A DNA stretch of 62,999 nt, the filler included, from Rhabdomonas costata (Eukaryota), in NCBI GenBank assembly GCA_019059605.1. It is 40 parts of 40 records of this genome, joined end to end, with 100 filler letters (N's around TTAATTAATTAA, not from the genome) between each part and the next. Parts side by side here need not be neighbours in the genome. Positions count along the whole stretch, not along the records: positions 39,447 to 40,924 come from JAHMHO010014917.1; positions 41,025 to 42,501 come from JAHMHO010014918.1; positions 42,602 to 44,078 come from JAHMHO010014919.1; positions 44,179 to 45,655 come from JAHMHO010014920.1; positions 45,756 to 47,232 come from JAHMHO010014921.1; positions 47,333 to 48,809 come from JAHMHO010014922.1; positions 48,910 to 50,385 come from JAHMHO010014923.1; positions 50,486 to 51,960 come from JAHMHO010014924.1; 32 more parts are not named here. One strand, 5' to 3'. A program made the position numbers and the translations under genes. The first letter of the stretch is position 1. Every line of letters begins with the position of its first letter. The notes under the pieces were generated by a model, which worked only from the letters and a program-made list of their open reading frames with translations, did no database searches and was not told the DNA's origin. Shown piece after piece: positions 40,124-50,738 of this stretch.

Positions 40124-40920
40124 TATATAATTATTATATAATTTTTTTAATAAATTATACAAAAATATCCTAGTATGCGCTATAAATTATGGCTGGACTG
40201 GGTGGTATTATGCGCTGGATATTATGGATGGACTGGTAGTAGCATGTGCTAGAGATTATGGACGGGTTGGGTGGTATTATGTGCTAGATATTATGAATGG
40301 ACTGGGTGGTATTATGATGAGACCATACAGACCTATTAAAAATGTTCGGAGACAGAAAAAGAGCTGATATGGTGTGTATACAGAATTGTTTTGAAATTAT
40401 TACTTATATTAAGACCAGGAAGACCTCCTAAAAATGGTCGGAGAGTTAGAGTGAGCTACTCTGATCTGCTACTATATTCTTTTGAATGTGCGGCATGGTG
40501 GTGCTACTACTACTAATACTAATATCTATATATATAGTAGATAGATATATATAGTAGATATAGTATATATAGTAGATAGTATAGTAGTATAGCAATATGT
40601 GAGCACCGTCCCATTTTTACGAAGCCTGCGGCTTCGGAAAACTGGGACGTTGCGCACATATTGCGTTCACTTTCATTCGCCGCCGCGCCGCCATCATTAG
40701 ACTATCTGTTTGAGAGAGAACCGCTAAACTGACTGTTCAGTACAAGTTAAATACCACCCATAATATCCAGCGCATAATACCACCCAAACTATCCATAATA
40801 TCCAGTGCATGATATCACCCAGTCAAGTCATAATCTCTAGCGCATACTACGATATTTTTGTATAATTTATTAAAAAAATTATATAATAATTATATAATTT
40901 TTTTAATAAATTATACAAAC
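40122..40920. repeat. Diverged inverted arms containing ~35-bp tandem repeats around a palindrome/hairpin core
   Basis: Left arm ~40122-40316 has units starting at 40186, 40221, 40255 and 40290 (consensus ATTATGGATGGACTGGGTGGTATTATGCGCTGGAT). Right arm ~40759-40898 carries the same units in reverse orientation. Confidence 0.9.
40592..40664. other. 35-bp stem, 3-nt loop hairpin
   Basis: GCAATATGTG-a-GCA-c-CGTCCCA-t-TTTT-a-CGAAGCC [tgc] GGCTTCG-g-AAAA-c-TGGGACG-t-TGC-g-CACATATTGC, with four isolated mismatches. Confidence 0.9.
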
Positions 40921-42749
40921 ACAANNNNNNNNNNNNNNNNNNNNNNNNNNNNNNNNNNNNNNNNNNNNTTAATTAATTAANNNNNNNNNNNNNNNNNNNN
41001 NNNNNNNNNNNNNNNNNNNNNNNNAATATCGGTAAAAACTTCCCTATTCAACGCGGTGAGGAAGTGGGTTATACTGGCAATTGATAACAAATGATGGAAG
41101 TTCTGGACATTAACAAAATGCACTGCGGTTGGAAGTACGAAAAGAATTATATTAGAGATAACTATCGCTAAAATAGCGAGAATCCCAAGTGCTTGTGACC
41201 ACTCACTGCGGGGTTTTTTGTCATCATCAGTTATGACCAGACCAATTGTTCTACAAGCCACACAGGGCCTTGGGATCAAGCTGTACTCACTGCATCCAAA
41301 TGAGATGCACGAGTGGCTCTGAGAACTTCAACAAGTAAATATTTTGCCCTTTCTGCTAGAAACATCTCCACAAAACAGCTAGCACCAGACACTTATGAAT
41401 GTTCAGTCATAAAAAGGCAGTTCCCATTATGTGCGCCTCCACCATAAGTTGGCACTTGCACCAGTCAGCGTCCCGGTAAGCGAGACCCACGTCAACGCAG
41501 CTACGCGGAAGCCCATCAACACCACTCCGCGCAATTATCTTGGAGCCATCTGAACCCAATTAAGGAACACAATCCACGTTTGTGTGGATTCAGCACTTGC
41601 AGCGGAAGTGCCAACGCTCCGACAACAAGAAATCAAGTGAGCAGAACTTGAATCACAAGTACACGCCACACCACAACGTTCCATGACGCACTGTGTGTAT
41701 GTGCGTAAGTGCGTGTGTGTATTGGTCCGCGTGCCGCCACAGTGTATGACCTGTTGTGCGCATCTCTCTGGATCAGCGCATCATCTCCTCTTTTGATCGA
41801 GCCAGTTGGTGGTGGTGTTCCATATTTTACAAAGAGCTAACACAACTCCGGCGTGAAATCCGAGCAGAGGCTAACGCACGCCGCTTTCTCTCAGCTCTTC
41901 ACGTGCCACATGGTTCCAGACGCACACACATGCATCGTGCATGATACTAACATCACGGCACAAGCATGCTACCCACGCCGTGCCTTCATTTGCATACCAC
42001 AGAAACCTTTTCCTTGTGCGTGTATTTGTGTATATGTGTTTGCTAGTGTATGGTTGTGTATTTGTTTCAGCAAAGGCACACACAATCATCAAATCCGGCT
42101 GTTAGTATCAGGCTTAGGTCACAATTTATTATTGTGCAGCTACTTGATATACTGCCTCCAAATCGGTGACAACACTGGTAAGTTTCAATTGTATTACGTG
42201 CGGTTGTACGTGCGGTTTTTGGTCGGTCTAGAAAAGGTAGACGTTTTCAGCGTCTTTTGTGCTTATCTCCAAATTGTCTTCTTCTTTTAGTATTTGCAAT
42301 GCTAGTGTTGTTTCTGAACGTCACCTCTGTTTTATGCCATAAGGCCCAGCTGGAATTTCTTCCAAACTAACTGTCGCTTTTGATGTTAAAACCACGAAAA
42401 AATAGTCACGGGATAGTAATACCAGCTAATGTACAGCTAACTTATAACAACTGCAATTGTTTACTGTGCAATTTTCAAAACGCACTGAAGCACGAAAACA
42501 ANNNNNNNNNNNNNNNNNNNNNNNNNNNNNNNNNNNNNNNNNNNNTTAATTAATTAANNNNNNNNNNNNNNNNNNNNNNNNNNNNNNNNNNNNNNNNNNN
42601 NTGAGGGGAATTGGGGAAGTCATCCAGCCTCCTCGAGGTATTTATTGTAGGAAAAAGCTGGAACCGCCCCCCGGGAGCACGAAGATGACTAGCTGTTACA
42701 GTGGTCAGCCAAGTTGCGCAAGGATCCTATTACAAGGGTACGCTCCCCT

Positions 42750-43870
42750 ACGCGGACGGTGCCACGGTATCTGCTGGGGTGGAACGTGCTCTCCTCGGAG
42801 CCTTGGGTTTCCTACTCGGTCGGGAGTGCTCCCTCCCCACTTTTAAGCTGGCCTCCCTTCCGGTCAGTTGCGGAGGTTTGGGAATTTCCAGTCCGACGGT
42901 AGCGCATCCAGCGGCTTACTTGTCGTCTCACCTCCTGTTCTGCCACACCCACTGCGACGTTGATGCGTCAGTCCTTCCCCGAGATCTCATGGTAAACATC
43001 GCCCCTTCCTGCAGGCGCTGCCCTCGAAGGGTTGTGCCTTCAACCACTGGATGCACAACCGCCTCCCGCAGGATTTCTGCGAGGATTGGACCCTCCAGCA
43101 TTGGTGGACACAGCAGCTCACCGAGGTCCGTGTCGCGGATTGGGAGTCAACCGCCTCTGCTCGCCCCAGAGCCCTCAGACGCTTGGTGTCGTGCCCGTCG
43201 GCGGGAGAATGGCTCTGTCCCCCTTCTCAAACATGGGTTCCCTGATGTCAGTCATTGCTCCCTCAGTGGGTCGCCTGCTTCTTCTTTGGCGCCTGGGCCT
43301 TCCTCTGTTCCCGGGCGACCCTCCCTTATGCTCCGGCTGCAAGGGCCCCCAAGACCCCTTCGGCGACCGCGCCCTGTGCTGCGTGTGCACCAACTTCCAC
43401 GCTCGGCACAGCCGTGTGCGTGATGGAGTGGGGGGTGCTTTTGTGCGACTCCGGCTTTTCCTTTTCGCTTCCCATTCTCTGCGGACCGCCCAGCGGACGT
43501 ATACAGCGAAACCTTTGGTGGGGCGCTCCCACTGCCTGCGATGTTCACTTGGCTCACCCCCTGCAACTTAACTCCTCCTTCGCGGAGGTTGTGCCAGGTG
43601 CTCTCGCTCAGTCCCGCGCCGCGTCGAAGCGCACGCTGTACGGCCACCGTTGCGCGCTCGCAGGATGGAAGTTCTGCCCTCTTGCTTTCGAGACCACGGG
43701 TGCCTGGTCTTCGCCCTCCCGCTCCTTCGTCACACAGTGGGCCCGCCAGTCCTCCCTCCGCTCCGGCATGAGCGAGACGGAGTGCCGTCGCTCGATCACG
43801 CGCACAGTGGCGTTGCTGATCACGACGGCGGTAGGAGAGCATCTTGACCGAGCGGTGTCACAACACCTTC
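42750..43870 (+). mobile_element. Degenerate CRE-clade (RLE-type) non-LTR retrotransposon, 3' part
   Basis: Collinear motifs across about three frameshifts: LPVSCGGLGI..AAYLSS (RT thumb), AGEWL, CSGC..DPFGDRALCC..ARHSRVRD (zinc knuckle), CDVHLAHP..K..Y..FCPLAFETTGAW (restriction-like endonuclease). Confidence 0.85.
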
Positions 43871-44185
43871 TCTCCATTCTCCCCGATGACACCTCGATCG
43901 AGCCCACCGTCCCCATTCGCGTCTTGGGCCACCTCGCGCTCGCCTTGCCCAAGCCCGCACCTGGCCCTGAACCTCCGGCCCCCCAAGATGGTCTTAACGA
44001 GCTCGCCCTGCAGGCCGACTACGACTTCGAGCTCGAGGGTCCGGGGCCCACCCTTGTCCCGGCTGCCGCCCAGTCGGCNNNNNNNNNNNNNNNNNNNNNN
44101 NNNNNNNNNNNNNNNNNNNNNNTTAATTAATTAANNNNNNNNNNNNNNNNNNNNNNNNNNNNNNNNNNNNNNNNNNNNTGTGGGG

Positions 44186-44299
44186 GGTTCAGCCTAAGGG
44201 CAGTTTATTCACCGAAATGACAGTCATCCAGGGGGGGGGGGACTTTGGACTTTTGAATGGGTGTCATTTTCGGTGAATAAACTGCCCTTAGGCTGAACC
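44186..44299. repeat. ~37-bp inverted repeat at the contig start
   Basis: 44186-44222 versus 44262-44299; one indel. Confidence 0.85.
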
Positions 44300-44974
44300 G
44301 CCCAGATCCTTACAGATCCCGTGCATGCTTCAACTGACAAGTCAAAGCTTTGTCATGGGGCAAGATTGCCTGGCTTCTTACAATGCGAGTGCGTCAAGGC
44401 CGCAGCTGAAATGGCAATGCCGCCCAACCCGCTCAGCGCAGCGTATCCGATCCACGCAGGGCAGAGGCTGTGGCAATTGACGTGTGTTTTCCTGACAAAG
44501 CTCACCCCCCAGCACTCATCATCAGTCAGGTCATGACGAGTTCTCGATGTGAAGGAACCTGGTTGCCTTTGGCTGGAATCCAATGAGCTTTGAACCCACA
44601 GCAGGTGCACCAGATGACTTGCAGTAGGTACAAGCAATCCGAGCGGAAAGAAACCACCTTGCCACACACCAGCGTCCGGCTATTAGCAGGACTGGTGTCG
44701 CGCAAGACTTTACCACGGCACCTAGACGCTGTGGTCAGCTTTTAGCACGACCCTTCCCGGAAACGCCACCACCGCGACCACCACCAACACCAACACCACC
44801 TCAGGAAGTGGATTCTGCAGTGCTGATGCTTTGGCTCAACTTGCCGTTCTTGCCAATCTGGTTCCAGAACCATTCTTTCTTTGCTTAGGTCACTCCCAAT
44901 TTTCGTCAAAGTGCAGGCTGCGATGAATTCTGGTTGTTTTTCTTCCATAAAAACTGGAAAACGTTGGTGTTCAG

Positions 44975-45655
44975 GTCGGAGCCTCCGCCGGGGTGACAGC
45001 GCTAATCAGTGGCAGCCTGGACTTCGCCGTCACCGACAAGATCCTGCCGCAGAGCCTGCTGCAAGCCCACGACCTGGTGGTGGTCCCCGTGGTGGCCACT
45101 GCGGTGGCTGTGGTGTACAGTCTCCCTGAAGCCCCGAGCGGCTGCAACCTTGTGCTCAGCCAGGAGGCCCTTGTGAGGATTTTCAACGGCAGTGTCTCCG
45201 CTTGGAATGACCCCATCATTGCCCATCTGAACCCCTTTATCCCGCTGCCCGCAACCCCCATTACGGTGATTGTGCCGGGCAGGTCCGTGTACCCTTGCAC
45301 CACGTACACTCACTCGCTCACTAACTCACTCGAATTCGCACTGGCCGTAACATAGCAGAGAGTTTGGTTGCCACAAGTTCTCATTCCATGTGTACAATAA
45401 GCCTTCACAGGCTGGAAATGTTGTGCGTGTCTTTAGAAACCAGGCCTGCTGAGGCGTGTCAGCTGAACGTGTTCGTTGCAAGCGAATTTTATAATGAATC
45501 AGCGAACGCTAGACTGCTCGTACTCAGTGTTCAGGCCCAGTCAAGTGACACAGCACCCTGCTTCTTTCACTCATACAGCGGTGACGAGTTCACGCAGGCC
45601 TTCAAGCAGGCTCTGGGGCGGTTCGACCCAACGTGGGCCGCCACCCAAGACACCC
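44975..45655 (+). CDS. PstS-like (type 2 periplasmic binding fold) domain, intron-containing (exons 44975-45282, 45579-contig end)
   Basis: GASAGV..LDFAVTD..PVVATAVAVVYSLP..LVRIFNGSVSAWNDPIIAHLNP..LPATPITVI, then FKQALGRFDPTW. The GT-AG intron is in phase. Confidence 0.88.
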
Positions 45656-48600
45656 NNNNNNNNNNNNNNNNNNNNNNNNNNNNNNNNNNNNNNNNNNNNT
45701 TAATTAATTAANNNNNNNNNNNNNNNNNNNNNNNNNNNNNNNNNNNNNNNNNNNNGGGTGGTTGTGCAGGAAGGGGTGGACCCCCATCCCACCTCACGTC
45801 CACCCAGAGGCAGCCTAGGGGGGGTCCACCCCTCAAGATTCTGAGACCAAGGGGTGCAGGAGAGGTGGACTGGGGTGGACCCTTCCTGCACCCCAAGAGT
45901 AGAAAAGAGTGTAAAAAGGCCTTTTTATTTGCTGGTCGTATACTCCCTCATGTGCATTCGGTCGTATACTCCCTACGTGTTGAACTCAAATACTACCCCA
46001 AGTCTTCGTCGCTGTATGCTCCTCGACTTGGGGGCACTTACCCTTCCATCCTCTACTACGGCATGTCGCTACGCACCATGCCTTCGTGTTCTAAGGGGCC
46101 TTCAAGATGCATGCCTTTACCTTCTATGCATTCTGAGGGGCTAAGGGGTATTCCTGATGCTAGAGCCCATGCTAGGGGTGTTGGGGTGTTTCTTGCCGGT
46201 CGTGAGGTCGCTGCACTCCCTCACTCCCTAAGTGCAGTGGTTCACTCGCTCCACCAGGTACTATATCCCCAAAGCGGGGCATCCCCTTGCCCTTACAGTT
46301 AGTCAGAGTCAGATATGGTTCGTTTTAGTTCTCCATGGTTTGTGTCGCACCACAGAAAATTCAAGTATGCATGCATGCATGCACTCTTTTAAAGAGGTCT
46401 AAAGGGTGCAATAAAAAAAACCGCCCTAAACACAACATCCAACATCCAACATACTCGGAATCATCTAGGTCACCAGAAATTCATCACAGGAAACCAGAGA
46501 GCGTCAGAAAACAAAACCTCCTTTCAGGGAGCGGCGCAGCGCTCTCAAGGACCTCCGGGAACCACACCCGAGGCGACAGCACAAGGGACTCCGAGGAGAG
46601 CCCGTTGCTGGAGATGGTGGAGGCCGAGATGGAGGCCGTGCGGCCACGTGCACCCTTCATGATGCCTTGGGGTGAGGGAGAGGCAGGACTCGGAGGCGCT
46701 GCAGATGCCGGAGACTGGGTTGAGGTTGACGCTGAGGCCGAGAGCGGCTGCAAACCCCCGACGTTGCACGCTCCACAGGCCCCCATAGAACACAAAAGGT
46801 ACCCTGCCGTAGGCTGACGGTCACGCTTCAAAAACGAAGTTAAGGAAGTCTGCTTCTACAAGCACGTTTTTGGAGCGGTTCTCGTGACGTCGGCCGCCTG
46901 GCCGCTTGCGTTCATTTTGGCATATCGGTCAACTCCAACTGAAGGTTTGCATTCAATAGAGTTCGGTTTTACCCCATCGTTTGCGTCGGCCCAAATCACG
47001 CGTGATCAGCGAGAACCTTAACCAGCAAGACTTGGGGAAAGCTTTCCTGGATTGAAATTTGAGCACACATTCAGGTTAAATCATAAACTCGCCCTTCAAG
47101 CGGGCACGTGAGGGGCAGAGAATCGAAGGTAGTGCAGCTTACGGGCAGACCTGAGGTGATGGGGCAAAGGGGTGCTCGAACCACGTCGCCACGGGGCTCA
47201 GACCCAAAAGAAGCATCGCCTCCCCCACACACNNNNNNNNNNNNNNNNNNNNNNNNNNNNNNNNNNNNNNNNNNNNTTAATTAATTAANNNNNNNNNNNN
47301 NNNNNNNNNNNNNNNNNNNNNNNNNNNNNNNNGTTTTGGGGTCTTTTTCCTTCCCTATCCCTTCTTTGTGAATCGAATGCTTCCCTAAGGTGTTTGTCAA
47401 TCACTCTCTTATGTTTTTATGTCTTTGATATTGCGTTGCGTCTCACGCCTTTTTAGTTTATTGGCGTACTTCCTGAAACGCTTTCTCTTGAAGACACTGA
47501 TTGCTTCGTTCCGCATTTTTCCTTCTGTCCATTGATGTTTGCTTCGCACTGCTGAACACTCGAGGTTGCAGAAAAGCTAAAATAGAGTTAGACAAGAGCA
47601 GACCCGAGGAAGTCTGCCCTGATGTCTTTTGAACGCGGAATGCAGCGGAGCCGCGCAGGATACACGTACTACTCCGTCCCGTATTCGCAGTCGTCGCCGT
47701 ACATAGCGGGGGTATACCACACCCATACTTCGCGTTGGAAAAATTTCCGAAAGCTACGCGATTCTGATTAAAGTGATACTTACAGTCCATAGGGTTAGAG
47801 GTGCGTACCGTTCCTTTTTTCTGCCAGCTGCACCTTACCATTAGGGGTGCGGGGTGAATGCATCAGTCAAGAACGCCGTCCAGATATCACTGAAAGGGAG
47901 GAGTGGGCACGCACCACATCTTAATAAGCTTTTCCCGGTTCAGGGAAGGGTCGCTGCAGAACATCGCCATAAGCGCCATCCGGTACCTGCGGGGCGTGCT
48001 TGTGTCTTTCCCAGCGCGGCGAGACCAACATATGTACTCTTGGCTTGTGTGTGTGTGTGTAGTTGGAGGGGGGGATTATTATAAGTAAAAAGGAATAAGG
48101 GACGGGCACACACATGTGCTCCGCCACGGTCTCCACATCGGCAATCGCGTGCACCGTCCACCCCGTTCGCAGCGTTTTCTGGACACAGGAAGCAGAGCGA
48201 AAGGGATGCCAATGATGGAACGCGCGTAAGGGTTTCATTAGGAAGCGAAAAGAGAAAGCAGCTTCCAGCAAATTAGAGATTATGAGGGGGTGGGGGCACA
48301 CGCCTTGAGCTTGCCGACAATATTAAAGAACGCAAGAAGGTCCGGCGCCGCTGTGGGGCCTGCGGCAGAGGCGGGCTGCATCCCACAAATGGCACAGCCA
48401 AATGTTGGGCTGCGCACCGGTGGGAAGAAACCGAAGTGCAGAAGGCAGTAGATCCGGCAAAAGGACGGAGAATAAACCAGTAAAACGAGAAAAGCAAATG
48501 CTTTGCGGCAGAGAGAAGAATCTACAAATACACAAAATACACAAAACTTTCCCCTTTCCATATCTGCAGCGGCAGGTTATGAACTAAGAGTTGATTTTAC

Positions 48601-49379
48601 AAAAGGGAGCCCGGCCCAGAGAAGCCGCAAAATCGTTGATTTTGTCAGAGAGGAATTGCCCTAGTTCAGGTCATTATAATGCAATTCCTGGCAGCGGCAT
48701 CACAGGATTTTTGATTGTGACAGCGAGATTGGCACAAAAGCACCCCTAACACGGCGCTTCCAGCGCAACACCTAACATCGGGAGGTGTCCCAGTGCGTGC
48801 ATGTTCCCTNNNNNNNNNNNNNNNNNNNNNNNNNNNNNNNNNNNNNNNNNNNNTTAATTAATTAANNNNNNNNNNNNNNNNNNNNNNNNNNNNNNNNNNN
48901 NNNNNNNNNCCCAAAAGCTGCAGAGGGCCAGGGCAAGCAAGGGGCACTGCAGTGAGTGGTGTGAAATTAGGTGATGTGGGTGGCGATAGACTTCAAAGAC
49001 TTACAATCCTAACGACATCTCCCTCTTTGCCTGTGCGCCCTTCAAGTGTAGCGGAGTTGGTGGTGTTCCTTCCACTCCCACCACCCCAACTAACTCAACT
49101 AACTAAAGCTCACTGGATGGCCAATGGCCGATGTGAGCCAAAGCAATTACTGGCCACCAGGCATTGCCGGAAGAGGCATGCACTCAGATCAGACCCATGT
49201 CTGGAGCTGTGTGTATGTGTGTGTGTTCGGCGTTGCCTGAATGTCGGGCAAACGCGCTGAGGGTGAAGGGCGCCCTGAAGTGCACAGATCACCCCCGTGC
49301 GTCCCAAATGGTAACCTCCCTTCTGCCCCACATATGCGCATGAGTGTGTACTTGATGTGCTCGCTCCCTTTTCCGACAC

Positions 49380-49673
49380 CTGAATCTTCCTCGCGGTGGC
49401 CTGCCTCATCAGATGGTCCTTCAGGACGGCCAGGGTGCTGATGTTGTCGCTGCGCAGCGAGACCTCCCGGTCGCGGTACCGCGCCACCAGCACGGTGCCC
49501 TGGAAGGTGTTGCGGAAGTAGTGCGTCACCTCCTCCCCTGTGGTGCGCTCCGGAACGTCGGGCAGGCACTGCCCCAGCCACGAGTTCATCTCAGACAGGG
49601 AGAACTTCCCCTCAATGGTCAGCGTGTTCACCACCAGCTCGTCCAGCCCTGCATCCCCCATCCGCACCACACT
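49380..49673 (-). CDS. BBS7: Bardet-Biedl syndrome 7 protein (BBSome), internal exon
   Basis: NTLTIEGKFSLSEMNSWLGQCLPDVPE..YFRNTF..SDNISTLAVLKD..ATARKI matches BBS7. The 294-nt exon is bounded by CAG and GTGTC. Confidence 0.92.
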
Positions 49674-49739
49674 CTGCACGTGCCCACAAACCTAAACACC
49701 CCACTCCACCTGTGCTTGGCTGGGGCTTCATCCTTCGAG

Positions 49740-49792
49740 TGCACTTGCACTTGCACTTGCACTTGCACTTGCACTTGCACTTGCACTTGCAC
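49740..49792 (+). repeat. (TGCACT)~9 microsatellite in a BBS7 intron
   Basis: Perfect hexamer array. Confidence 0.95.
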
Positions 49793-50513
49793 CCACCAAC
49801 TGCCATGCCGCAGCCTCTCTCAGTGTTCGGCTGCCCACCACATCATAGGGCCCGTGATGTACAAGTTCTGTACTGCACCCGAAAAAGTATCTTTTTTACA
49901 TGCAACCGGCCTTCGGCATCCCTATTTACCCTATTGGTACACCCATTCAAGTGACCCTCCTGTCGCGTAAAGGTAATTTCTATGCCACATCACTTCCTCC
50001 GCTGTTCGCATTTCCCTCTCCCGCTCTTTCAATGTGGAGATGATTCACTACGTGTCCACCGACCACCGGTAATGACCTGATGCCAAGATGCCAACATCTA
50101 TTACGGTGGAAGGAACGGCGCCATGGCGGAGTGACGACGGGTATACTACATGCTGTAAGTGTCTCTCTACGGTCACTACGTGCCTTCCAACCACCGCAAT
50201 GCTGAGATGGCCAAGGGTCATGACGTAGCATACACCCTTGGCATTGCACCTGATAAGGACATGATGAGGTGGCGTAACTCAGACACTCTGGCTCACAAAC
50301 CATAAGCATCTGCCGTAAAAGACCAAGGAGGGAACGAGGGAGGGAGGGAGGGAGGGAAGAATGAAATGGGCTAGAACAGGACAACNNNNNNNNNNNNNNN
50401 NNNNNNNNNNNNNNNNNNNNNNNNNNNNNTTAATTAATTAANNNNNNNNNNNNNNNNNNNNNNNNNNNNNNNNNNNNNNNNNNNNTGTGGGGGTGTGTTT
50501 ACGCCCTTCACAG

Positions 50514-50738
50514 GTCAGTCCTCTGGTGATGGACTACCCCGAGCAGGATTTTGTCGCAAAGATTACTGCGGGACACGTGGGCGCTCTTCGCACGGCCCGA
50601 GGTTACCCCAGCCGCGACCAGCTTGCGCGCCGCAACGCTCGCACCGCCAAGAGCGCCCGCGGGCGCTACATGAAAATCCTGGACAAGTACAATGTCACTC
50701 TCCCCCAGCTGAAGGGCGGTCCTGGGGGCTCAGGATGA
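50514..50738 (+). CDS. Hypothetical protein, terminal exon
   Basis: CAG acceptor, GC-ending codons and a TGA stop. No family recognised. Confidence 0.45.
   Translation, partial: VSPLVMDYPEQDFVAKITAGHVGALRTARGYPSRDQLARRNARTAKSARGRYMKILDKYNVTLPQLKGGPGGSG

Noticed and set aside
40186-40316. ~35-bp repeats as a CRISPR array
   Set aside because: The units are head-to-tail with no unique spacers, and no cas genes are present.
47150-47200. GGTTCGAG B-box/tRNA-like segment on the minus strand
   Set aside because: No cloverleaf or A-box could be built.
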